Assembly: GCA_964576685.1 (NCBI GenBank)
Contig: CAZNVC010000001.1
Coordinates: 3,775-67,774 of the forward strand
Length of the DNA: 64,000 bases
Direction: 5' to 3'
Source: an uncultured Candidatus Saccharibacteria bacterium
GTDB taxonomy: Bacteria > Patescibacteriota > Minisyncoccia > Phycocordibacterales > UBA5272
In this document: positions 56,640 through 64,000 of the stretch, in pieces
How positions within the stretch are numbered: position 1 is the first letter of the stretch
Layout of the letters: every line of letters begins with the position of its first letter
The notes under the pieces: model-generated
What the model was told of the DNA's origin: nothing
Databases searched by the model: none
What the model saw: the letters and a program-made list of their open reading frames with translations, nothing else
Made by a program: the position numbers and the translations under genes

Positions 56640-58319
56640 TTATTTTTCTTCCTTATCAAGAATTTTATCAGGTGGTGGAGCAATACGTACAAGCTCTTCA
56701 ATCGAAGTGATTCCATTCTTTACTTTTTCGAGACCATCTTCAAACACTGACTTTGCCCCCTCTTTACGAGCAAGTTTCCATATTTCTTGAGCAGATGGTC
56801 GCTTCACAATGAGTTCTTGAAGTGTTGGTGTAATCTTAATCACTTCATAGATCGATGTACGGCCTTTGTATCCAGTGAACCCACACACTTCACATTTCTT
56901 TCCCTCATAGAGAGTAAGATTTTTTGCCGGAAGATATTTCATCACCCCCTTTAGTTGTGGAGTATCGAAGTCAGAAGGCTTTTTTACCACACTCACTTTA
57001 CAATGATCACATATTTTACGAACAAGACGCTGAGCAATAATCAGGTTCATGGTCGAAGAAAGCAGGAATGGTTCTGTTCCCATATCAAGAAGACGAGGGA
57101 TTGCGGTCGCTGCATCGTTCGCGTGGAAGGTCGAGAGAAGAAGGTGCCCTGTGAGCGCTGCGTTCACAGAAATTTCTACGGTTTCGAGGTCACGAATTTC
57201 TCCCACGAGAATAATATCAGGGTCCTGTCGCACGATTGCTCGAAGCCCTCGTACGAAAGTAAGTCCAGTAACTTGATTCACTTGTATCTGGTTAAGTCCT
57301 TGCACTTTATACTCCACTGGATCTTCAATAGTGGTAATGTTCGTATCTGGAGTATTGAGCATCTTAAGGAGCGAATACAGCGTCGTTGTTTTTCCTGATC
57401 CTGTTGGCCCTACCACAAGAATCATTCCGAAGGGTTTATCTGCCGCTTCACGAAGAAGCTCTTGGTTTTTTGGAGTAAGTCCAAGGTCATTAAACGTGAG
57501 CCCTTGCACATAGGAACCAAGAATACGGAGCACCACTTTCTCCCCTTCTACAATCGGGATGATGGATGTTCGCATGTCAACAGAAATACCATTCTTGCTG
57601 TCATAGTGAAGTGATCCATCTTGTGCTGCATAATGTTCATCTATACGAAGCGCACTCTTCACTTTAATTCTATTCAAAACATTTTCATAATACTCCTTTG
57701 GAAGACGTCCTGCTTCATGGAGTACGCCGTCGACACGAAAACGAATCACAATCACACGCGCTTGAGGTTCAAAGTGCACATCTGATGCTTTATAGGTTAT
57801 CGCATCATCAAAAATCTCTTCAAGAATCTCTGGTGCAACACGATCTGATTCAGCAATAATTTTCGAAAAACGGGTATCAAGTGGCTTTTCATAAAAAATA
57901 AAGAAGCTATCAATATCCTCTGGAAGCGAGTAGGTAATTTTTACTTTCTTATCCTTAAAGAGAGGCTGTAGCTGCTTCGCAAGACCTTCTTGGAGAGGAT
58001 TATCGGTAGTGATGACTACTTCTTTTTCATTATCTTCACTAAAGAGGACCACACGTAATTTCTTAGCAACCTCTTCTGGTATTTTTCTCACTTGGTCGGC
58101 ACTAATTGCCGCTGAGTTGAGGTCAGCATAAGGAATCTTGAAACTCTCCGCTGTTGCTTGTCCGACAATGTCACTATTGACAATACCATCACGTAAAAGA
58201 GCATCCACAAAGGAAATATTCCCTTTCTTAGCAATATCCTCTGCTCGTTGGACATCCTCTTCACTGATGTAGTTTCCAGCGATGAGAATCTCTTTTATGT
58301 TTTTGGTGTCAATGTTCAT
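56640..58319 (-). CDS. pilB: Type IV pilus assembly ATPase PilB/GspE
   Basis: Walker A GPTGSGKTTTLYS; Asp box, Walker B and His box; C-terminal tetra-Cys C-x2-C...C-x2-C. Confidence 0.9.
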   Translation of the reverse strand: MNIDTKNIKEILIAGNYISEEDVQRAEDIAKKGNISFVDALLRDGIVNSDIVGQATAESFKIPYADLNSAAISADQVRKIPEEVAKKLRVVLFSEDNEKEVVITTDNPLQEGLAKQLQPLFKDKKVKITYSLPEDIDSFFIFYEKPLDTRFSKIIAESDRVAPEILEEIFDDAITYKASDVHFEPQARVIVIRFRVDGVLHEAGRLPKEYYENVLNRIKVKSALRIDEHYAAQDGSLHYDSKNGISVDMRTSIIPIVEGEKVVLRILGSYVQGLTFNDLGLTPKNQELLREAADKPFGMILVVGPTGSGKTTTLYSLLKMLNTPDTNITTIEDPVEYKVQGLNQIQVNQVTGLTFVRGLRAIVRQDPDIILVGEIRDLETVEISVNAALTGHLLLSTFHANDAATAIPRLLDMGTEPFLLSSTMNLIIAQRLVRKICDHCKVSVVKKPSDFDTPQLKGVMKYLPAKNLTLYEGKKCEVCGFTGYKGRTSIYEVIKITPTLQELIVKRPSAQEIWKLARKEGAKSVFEDGLEKVKNGITSIEELVRIAPPPDKILDKEEK

Positions 58320-58343
58320 ACGGAGTTACAATATAGTGTTATA

Positions 58344-58724
58344 TCACGAGGTGCTTATCTTACTCTTCACATTTTCAACGATTTCTGAAATAGGAGAATT
58401 TGACTTTACAAAGAATGAAGAAGCGCCGAGATCAAAGACTCGCTTTTTATCTTCCTCTTGGTTAAGATTAGTGATTACGATAACGGGTGTTTTCATCTTT
58501 TTTTCTTGGATGGTTTCTAGAATCTTGAATCCATCGACCCCTGGAATAATAAGGTCTGTAAGTACAAGGTCAAATTTTTCTTTTGCCAAATACTGAAGCC
58601 CTTCTTCGCCGCTCTGAGTTGCGATAACATCAAACCCTTCATGGGAAAGTTTGAGCTGAAGTACATGTGCAAGGGGTTTTTCATCTTCAATAATTAAAAT
58701 TTTCTTTTTTTCCGTTTCTTTCAT
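58344..58724 (-). CDS. Single-domain response regulator (CheY-like receiver)
   Basis: ILIIEDE...DLVLTDLIIPGVDG...KTPVIVIT...; first gene of the pilus operon. Confidence 0.8.
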   Translation of the reverse strand: MKETEKKKILIIEDEKPLAHVLQLKLSHEGFDVIATQSGEEGLQYLAKEKFDLVLTDLIIPGVDGFKILETIQEKKMKTPVIVITNLNQEEDKKRVFDLGASSFFVKSNSPISEIVENVKSKISTS

Positions 58725-58823
58725 TGTGTGTACTTTACAGTATAAGACTATACCTCAAGTGTATAACACTTCTTCCAAAAAAACTATAGTAATTAACACA
58801 TTACACCACCTTTAGAGGGTAAT

Positions 58824-59264
58824 CTAGGCTCCAACCACGAAGAGAACCGCGGACATGAGCGCAACAACTACTAAATAGTATCCAGAAGAAACAAGAAACT
58901 TAATCTGTGCCCTTGCCTCATAATGATTGCCACTTATTGTATAAATCATATCAATGAAGCGTGTGGTGACGATGAAGCCAAACGCAAGAAGAAGACCAAG
59001 GCTTACTGCAACATTAAGTGAAGTAATAGAAAGAACTTGTAACAAAATAGCCAATACTGTAGCGATTGCCCCATGAGTAATGAATGAATAAAGATTTATT
59101 TGTATCATGTATCGCAGTGACCGTTTTGGCATATGCTCTTTGGTAGTCCCTTCACCTTTCATCCATGCTTTCATAAAAAGAAGCGGTGAATACCACACAG
59201 ACCCAACAAGAAATCCAGCACATGTGGCCAAAAAAATAGCGGTTGGTGTTAAAAATGTTTCCAT
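58824..59264 (-). CDS. Hypothetical membrane protein (DUF1761-like)
   Basis: 146 aa, 4 TM; WYSPLLFMKAWMKGEG motif. Confidence 0.4.
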   Translation of the reverse strand: METFLTPTAIFLATCAGFLVGSVWYSPLLFMKAWMKGEGTTKEHMPKRSLRYMIQINLYSFITHGAIATVLAILLQVLSITSLNVAVSLGLLLAFGFIVTTRFIDMIYTISGNHYEARAQIKFLVSSGYYLVVVALMSAVLFVVGA

Positions 59265-59339
59265 AGTGATAGTATATCGTCAAACATTTAATAGTGACAG
59301 AGAAAGTATGCACAGTGTAAGTAAACGCTTACAAAAATA

Positions 59340-59372
59340 TACCACAAAAGAGCGACCACTTCGTGGTCGCTC
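59340..59372 (-). terminator. Intrinsic terminator (GAGCGACCACTTCGTGGTCGCTC hairpin)
   Basis: aaaagagcgaccacttcgtggtcgctcc. Confidence 0.6.
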
Positions 59373-59419
59373 CCCCGTATCCAGCATTCTCTACCATCTA
59401 CACTTCATCAGTTATTCCT

Positions 59420-59602
59420 CTACCACGAATACCCCTTCTTATTCATTACAATCACACTGATCCCAAGCGCAATAAATATTCCACCTCCAACGACCCCACC
59501 CATTCCATTTGGCCCTTGCATCGAAGCGAGAATACCGAGCGCGTTTACAAGACACCCAATGATAATAAACACAATCCCAAGAAGTTTAAAAAATAATTTC
59601 AT
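59420..59602 (-). CDS. Small membrane protein (Gly-rich, 2 TM)
   Basis: 60 aa ORF. Confidence 0.35.
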   Translation of the reverse strand: MKLFFKLLGIVFIIIGCLVNALGILASMQGPNGMGGVVGGGIFIALGISVIVMNKKGYSW

Positions 59603-59641
59603 AACGATGAGTATAACAAGTTAAAGAAAAATACATGTGGA

Positions 59642-59896
59642 CTACTTCACTGGACCACCGATGCGCTCAAGGGCGGTGCGGAATTCGGTTGCATAGTTAC
59701 TGAGCGCTGGAATGACTCCGATAATATTCAAGATCCACCCGACAATAATCACTACAAAGACAGCGCCGACCACATACCCAGCACCATATACGAGTCCTCG
59801 TATAAACACAGAAGAAAAACCATTCGACGTTTTGCGAAGCACTCTTAGTTCTTCTTCGATGGTTTCAAGATGAGATTTTAATTCTGGATCAATCAT
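59642..59896 (-). CDS. Small membrane protein
   Basis: 84 aa ORF, amphipathic N-terminus plus 2 TM. Confidence 0.4.
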   Translation of the reverse strand: MIDPELKSHLETIEEELRVLRKTSNGFSSVFIRGLVYGAGYVVGAVFVVIIVGWILNIIGVIPALSNYATEFRTALERIGGPVK

Positions 59897-59978
59897 ATCC
59901 TTTATAACAAAAGTATACCACGGTAATACCTGTCAGAAATGAATAGAGGGGGGTTAAATAGATGAAAAGTCTCTTGAC

Positions 59979-60290
59979 TTGCCAAACCCCCTACCCTATA
60001 CTATAGGGTATATGGTATATCAACACACACATAAACACGGGGAACCCAATACAAAAGCACGTAAAGTGATTAACATGGCAATCGGCAGTGTCGCCACAAT
60101 ACCAGCAATGGTTGACGATGGGCGCTATTGTCCAGATATTATTCAACAAATAGACAGTGTTATCGGACTCTTGCACAGTGCAAAGAAAGAGCTCTTACGC
60201 GACCACCTTGCATCATGCCTCACTGAGCGGCTCAAAACCGATAAAGAAGGCACAATCAAGGAATTACTCAAGATATATAACATGCAGTAA
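59979..60290 (+). CDS. csoR: CsoR/RcnR-family metal-sensing transcriptional repressor
   Basis: DDGRYCPDIIQQIDSVIGLLHSAKKELLRDHLASC matches the CsoR C-H-C ligand arrangement. Confidence 0.7.
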   Translation: MPNPLPYTIGYMVYQHTHKHGEPNTKARKVINMAIGSVATIPAMVDDGRYCPDIIQQIDSVIGLLHSAKKELLRDHLASCLTERLKTDKEGTIKELLKIYNMQ

Positions 60291-60330
60291 TTCTGTTTCA
60301 TTGTAGTATTCATTTTTTCATTAACACTTC

Positions 60331-60894
60331 ATGTCAAAAACTTCAATTGCATTAACAATCTCTCTTATGATCGTAGCAGGCATCGTAGGGATACTGTATG
60401 GCTATGCGCTCACCCCTGAATACAGGGTCACCATGTACGATAAAAATACCATGGACCTCGGGCGACCAGACAGACTCCTTGATCTACGCTATATCAACGC
60501 CATGATCGCGCATCATCGTGGAGCGATGCTACTTGCAGAACAGGCGTCAAGGGAGACACAACGACCAGAGATGAAGGATCTCTCAGCGAAGATTCTTATG
60601 GACGAACCAAAAGCAATCGCCGAACTCTACTTATGGAAGAAAACATGGTATGGAGATAGTCGTACCGTGAAAGACCCTATCGTTGCCAACCTTGGCACCT
60701 ACGATGAGAAGTTTGATCTGAGATTTTTAAACGCACTCATTGCACACCATGAAGTAGGAATTCTCATGACAAAAGAGATTACAGCAAAATCGAGTCGAAC
60801 TGAAATTTTGAATAATGCAGATGCGGTTGACACCTTCCTCACCACAACCCTCAAGCTCTTTAAAGATTGGAGGCTATCGTGGTACAACATCTAA
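60331..60894 (+). CDS. DUF305-family protein (copper-resistance associated; two HH-containing repeats)
   Basis: LRYINAMIAHHRGAM and LRFLNALIAHHEVGI. Confidence 0.65.
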   Translation: MSKTSIALTISLMIVAGIVGILYGYALTPEYRVTMYDKNTMDLGRPDRLLDLRYINAMIAHHRGAMLLAEQASRETQRPEMKDLSAKILMDEPKAIAELYLWKKTWYGDSRTVKDPIVANLGTYDEKFDLRFLNALIAHHEVGILMTKEITAKSSRTEILNNADAVDTFLTTTLKLFKDWRLSWYNI

Positions 60895-60906
60895 CCCATC
60901 ACTATC

Positions 60907-63180
60907 ATGATTCACAAAACACTTACTGTAGAAGGAATGCATTGTGCGAGTTGTGCATCCATCATCACAAAAAAAGTTTCGAAGCTTGAAGGTGTCGAGG
61001 ACATTAACGTGAACTTCGCAACAGAAAAAGCGACTGTCACCTTTGACCCTACACTAGTAACACTTCAGGCAATGAACACTGAGATTACAAAACTTGGTTA
61101 CACTTTTGTTGATAAAGAAAGTGAGAACGAAAACAACAGTGATGATGCCTCTTATGATAGGGTTCACGAACCGAAGAATAAAAAAGAAGAAGACCTTAAT
61201 GCAATGAAAGCAAAGATGCTGTTTGTAGTGCCAATTGCGCTTACTTTTTTTCTACTCATGATGTGGGATATTCTTGCGAAACTATTCGTTGATATTCCTA
61301 ACCTCCCAATTCCTGAGACACTCTTTACCACCATTTCTATGGTGATATCGACAGTGGTACTCTTCTGGATTGGACAACCATTTCTCGAAGGAGTGATGAG
61401 ATTCATAAAGTATCGTGTTGCCAACATGGACACACTTATCGGTATAGGGACACTCACTGCATATCTCTATAGTGTTAGTATCACCTTACTCCCTCAAGTG
61501 CGTCTCCGCTTTAATCTTCCTCTCTACACATACTTTGATGTCACCATTGTTGTTATCGGATTTGTGCTGTTAGGAAAATACCTCGAAGCAAGATCGAAGC
61601 TTCGTACAGGAGAAGCAGTTGAAAAATTAATTGGACTTCAGGCAAAGACTGCGCTTGTTGTTCGTGATGGTGTCGAGATGGAACTACCATTACAGGATGT
61701 TGTAGTTGGAGATCGTATCATCGTGAAGCCTGGAACAAAAATCCCTGTTGATGGAGTGATTATCGATGGCTCATCATCTATCGATGAATCAATGATTACC
61801 GGTGAACCTATTCCAGTTGATAAACATATTGGTGATACAGTTGTCGGAGCAACGATCAACAAACAAGGAAGTTTCGTCTTTCAGTCTACAAAGATTGGCA
61901 AAGATACCCTTCTTGCACAGATTATAAAAATGGTCGAGGATGCGGAAGGATCAAAGGCACCAATCCAGGCTCTCGCAGATAGAGTATCGGGAATTTTCGT
62001 CCCAGTTGTGCTCATTCTTGCGTGTGTTTCGCTTTTTATGTGGCTTACTGTTGGAACTCTCATGCTTGGATTTTCTACGGCACTCTCCTACGGCATTGTA
62101 TCGTTCGTGGGAGTTCTTGTAATTGCATGTCCGTGCGCACTTGGACTCGCTACGCCAACCGCGATTATTGTTGGCGTCGGCAAAGGCGCAGAACATGGCA
62201 TTCTCATAAAAAACGCAGAAGCACTCGAGTTACTGAGCAAAGTAGATACAGTTGTGTTTGATAAAACAGGAACGATTACACGAGGAACTCCTGAGGTGAC
62301 TGATATTATTTCGCTTGATACATCGTGGACTGTAACACAACTGCTCGAGATGTCAGCAAGTGTCGAAAAACTTTCTGAACATCCTCTTGCACATGCTCTT
62401 GTGAAGAAAGCAGAAAAAGAACACTGTGCGCTCAAAAACGTCGAGAACTTCTCTGCGCAAGAAGGTGTTGGGGTTACTGGTACTATTGGAAACGATACTA
62501 TTACCATTCATAAGCCACACTCCTCCGAGAAAGAACTAGGCACAGTTAAAGCGTTACAAGAGCAAGGGAAGACGGTGGTGGTCGTCACAATCAACTCACT
62601 ACAAGTAGGGCTTATAGCGCTTAGTGATACATTAAAAGAAGAGGCGGTAAAAGCGGTGAAAGAACTTCATAGACAAGGACTAAAGGTAGTACTCCTTACT
62701 GGTGACAATCACCTCTCAGCACAGTACATCGCCAAGCAAGCACATATCGACACTGTGATAGCAGAAGTATTACCAGAAGAAAAAGCAGGAAAAATTAGAG
62801 AGTTGCAAGCACACGGAAAGAAGGTGGTAATGGTAGGTGATGGTATCAATGATGCCCCCGCCCTTATGGTGGCAGATGTTGGTATCGCAATGGGAACAGG
62901 GACTGATATTGCAATTGAGTCTGCAGGTATCACCCTTCTTGGTGGCGATATCACAAAAGTAGTTAAAGCAATTAAACTTTCCACAATAACCATGAGAGGA
63001 ATACAGCAGAATCTTTTCTTTGCATTCGTGTATAACATCATAGGCATTCCGCTTGCAGGAGGATTATTCTACCCCCTCTTTGGATGGTTGCTGTCCCCTG
63101 TTTTTGCAGGCCTCGCAATGGCGATGTCATCGGTATCTGTCGTGTCGAACTCACTTCGTATTAAAACTAAAAAATTATAA
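60907..63180 (+). CDS. copA: Copper-translocating P1B-type ATPase
   Basis: N-terminal [14 protein letters not shown]; CPC motif [11 protein letters not shown]; DKTGTIT; [10 protein letters not shown]. Confidence 0.9.
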   Translation: MIHKTLTVEGMHCASCASIITKKVSKLEGVEDINVNFATEKATVTFDPTLVTLQAMNTEITKLGYTFVDKESENENNSDDASYDRVHEPKNKKEEDLNAMKAKMLFVVPIALTFFLLMMWDILAKLFVDIPNLPIPETLFTTISMVISTVVLFWIGQPFLEGVMRFIKYRVANMDTLIGIGTLTAYLYSVSITLLPQVRLRFNLPLYTYFDVTIVVIGFVLLGKYLEARSKLRTGEAVEKLIGLQAKTALVVRDGVEMELPLQDVVVGDRIIVKPGTKIPVDGVIIDGSSSIDESMITGEPIPVDKHIGDTVVGATINKQGSFVFQSTKIGKDTLLAQIIKMVEDAEGSKAPIQALADRVSGIFVPVVLILACVSLFMWLTVGTLMLGFSTALSYGIVSFVGVLVIACPCALGLATPTAIIVGVGKGAEHGILIKNAEALELLSKVDTVVFDKTGTITRGTPEVTDIISLDTSWTVTQLLEMSASVEKLSEHPLAHALVKKAEKEHCALKNVENFSAQEGVGVTGTIGNDTITIHKPHSSEKELGTVKALQEQGKTVVVVTINSLQVGLIALSDTLKEEAVKAVKELHRQGLKVVLLTGDNHLSAQYIAKQAHIDTVIAEVLPEEKAGKIRELQAHGKKVVMVGDGINDAPALMVADVGIAMGTGTDIAIESAGITLLGGDITKVVKAIKLSTITMRGIQQNLFFAFVYNIIGIPLAGGLFYPLFGWLLSPVFAGLAMAMSSVSVVSNSLRIKTKKL

Positions 63181-63183
63181 TCT

Positions 63184-64000
63184 ATGAAAACCTACACCTT
63201 TCACGTTTCTGGCACACATTGTGCATCATGCAAAATCTTAATTGAAGATATTTTAGGTGAACAGCCTGGTATCACACACGTTCATGTTGACCTGAAACAA
63301 CAAATAGTACACCTCGATGCAGATGAAGCTAATGAACACGCTCTTGCAAAAAAGCTTTCAGAAAAAATAGAAGGGAACGGCTACACTCTCTCGGTAAAAC
63401 CTATCGCAGAAGAGAAGATACATGACACGACCCTTCTTCAGGCGATACCTATTGGACTCTTTTTTCTTGCTCTTTTCTTTCTACTCCAGAAGTCAGGCAT
63501 ACTTAACTTCGGCATCGGAGGAAAGACAACTCCAGTTACTAGTTTCTTAGTTGGTCTTATTGCGTCAGTCTCGAGCTGTCTTGCCATCGTTGGCGGTCTT
63601 GTGCTTTCATTCTCTGCAAAGATTACTGAGGACAATAAAAATACTCGTGGTAACAAAAAACAATTATATCTCTTTCATATAGGGAGGCTACTAAGTTTCG
63701 GTATCTTAGGCGGAGTCCTTGGACTCATTGGGAAAGAGCTTGGTGTTAATTATATTTTCTCATCACTCCTTGGGCTCCTCGCTTCACTCATTATGATCAC
63801 GCTTGGTCTTACCCTTACCGGCATCTTTAAGAAAAGTAAATTCACACTTCCATCAGGAATATTTAAGTTATTTAGAAATGTCGAGAATCACACATTCACC
63901 CCACTTCTTCTTGGTGTAGGAACGTTCTTTCTTCCGTGTGGCTTCACTCAGTCTATGCAAGTTGCTGCGCTTTCTAGTGGCACGTTCATTTCAGGAAGTC
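63184..64000 (+). CDS. HMA (heavy-metal-associated) domain fused to a Cys-containing polytopic membrane domain (CcdA/DsbD-like or metal permease-like); partial, runs off the window
   Basis: Hand translation MKTYTFHVSGTHCASCKILIEDIL...; TM region with VSSCLAIVGG and FFLPCGF. Confidence 0.55.
   Translation, partial: MKTYTFHVSGTHCASCKILIEDILGEQPGITHVHVDLKQQIVHLDADEANEHALAKKLSEKIEGNGYTLSVKPIAEEKIHDTTLLQAIPIGLFFLALFFLLQKSGILNFGIGGKTTPVTSFLVGLIASVSSCLAIVGGLVLSFSAKITEDNKNTRGNKKQLYLFHIGRLLSFGILGGVLGLIGKELGVNYIFSSLLGLLASLIMITLGLTLTGIFKKSKFTLPSGIFKLFRNVENHTFTPLLLGVGTFFLPCGFTQSMQVAALSSGTFISGS

Noticed and set aside
1-64000. CRISPR array search
   Set aside because: The only regular tandem repeats are the ~300-bp coding b5 repeats, the 7-8-bp microsatellites and the duplicated pilin genes. 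No 25-40-bp direct repeats with unique spacers were found, and no cas genes.

Overview
Low-GC (~38-40%) bacterial chromosomal window. Gene content points to a reduced-genome, Patescibacteria/CPR-like organism (inference): split transketolase, a compact sugar-phosphate module (fba, pfkB-family kinase, gap, rpe, rpiB, tkt), eukaryotic/archaeal-type GlyRS, many small secreted or membrane proteins, and a type IV pilus. No rRNA gene and no CRISPR array were found; one tRNA-Trp(CCA) is present.

Housekeeping genes recognised by motif: tgt, fba, gap, rpe, rpiB, rpmG, glyQS, gyrA, rpsA, pth, lepB, hisS, rpsU, ybeY, ftsA, ftsZ, trxB, mntH, a copA/csoR copper module and an ABC-2 exporter.

Accessory content that stands out:
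1. At the left edge, a three-gene minus-strand module. A NOX/ferric-reductase-type flavocytochrome (bis-His transmembrane hemes plus FAD and NAD(P)H domains) is followed by a membrane-anchored cytochrome b5 protein. After that comes a secreted protein carrying an InlB-B-repeat domain and at least 7 tandem cytochrome b5 domains joined by Pro/Thr linkers. This looks like an outward-directed, b-heme-based electron conduit.
2. A 7.5 kb cluster of six paralogous VirB2/TrbC-like two-helix 'pilin-like' secreted proteins.
3. A complete type IV pilus locus (response regulator, pilB, pilC, four prepilin-type proteins including a ~770 aa adhesin-like protein, two tandem major-pilin genes with mosaic C-termini, and a histidine kinase).
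4. A ~2.2 kb islet with ~50 bp terminal inverted repeats and 25 bp internal direct repeats. It carries a 65%-GC foreign gene behind a textbook sigma70 promoter.
5. An in-frame XRE-HTH::MurA fusion.
6. Dispersed intergenic repeat families (TTAGGCG-type heptamers, and an ACGTAC-N7-GTACGT palindrome).
7. A tRNA-Trp whose 3' end is embedded in a 23-bp-stem hairpin and is accompanied by two partial copies of the tRNA 3' end.
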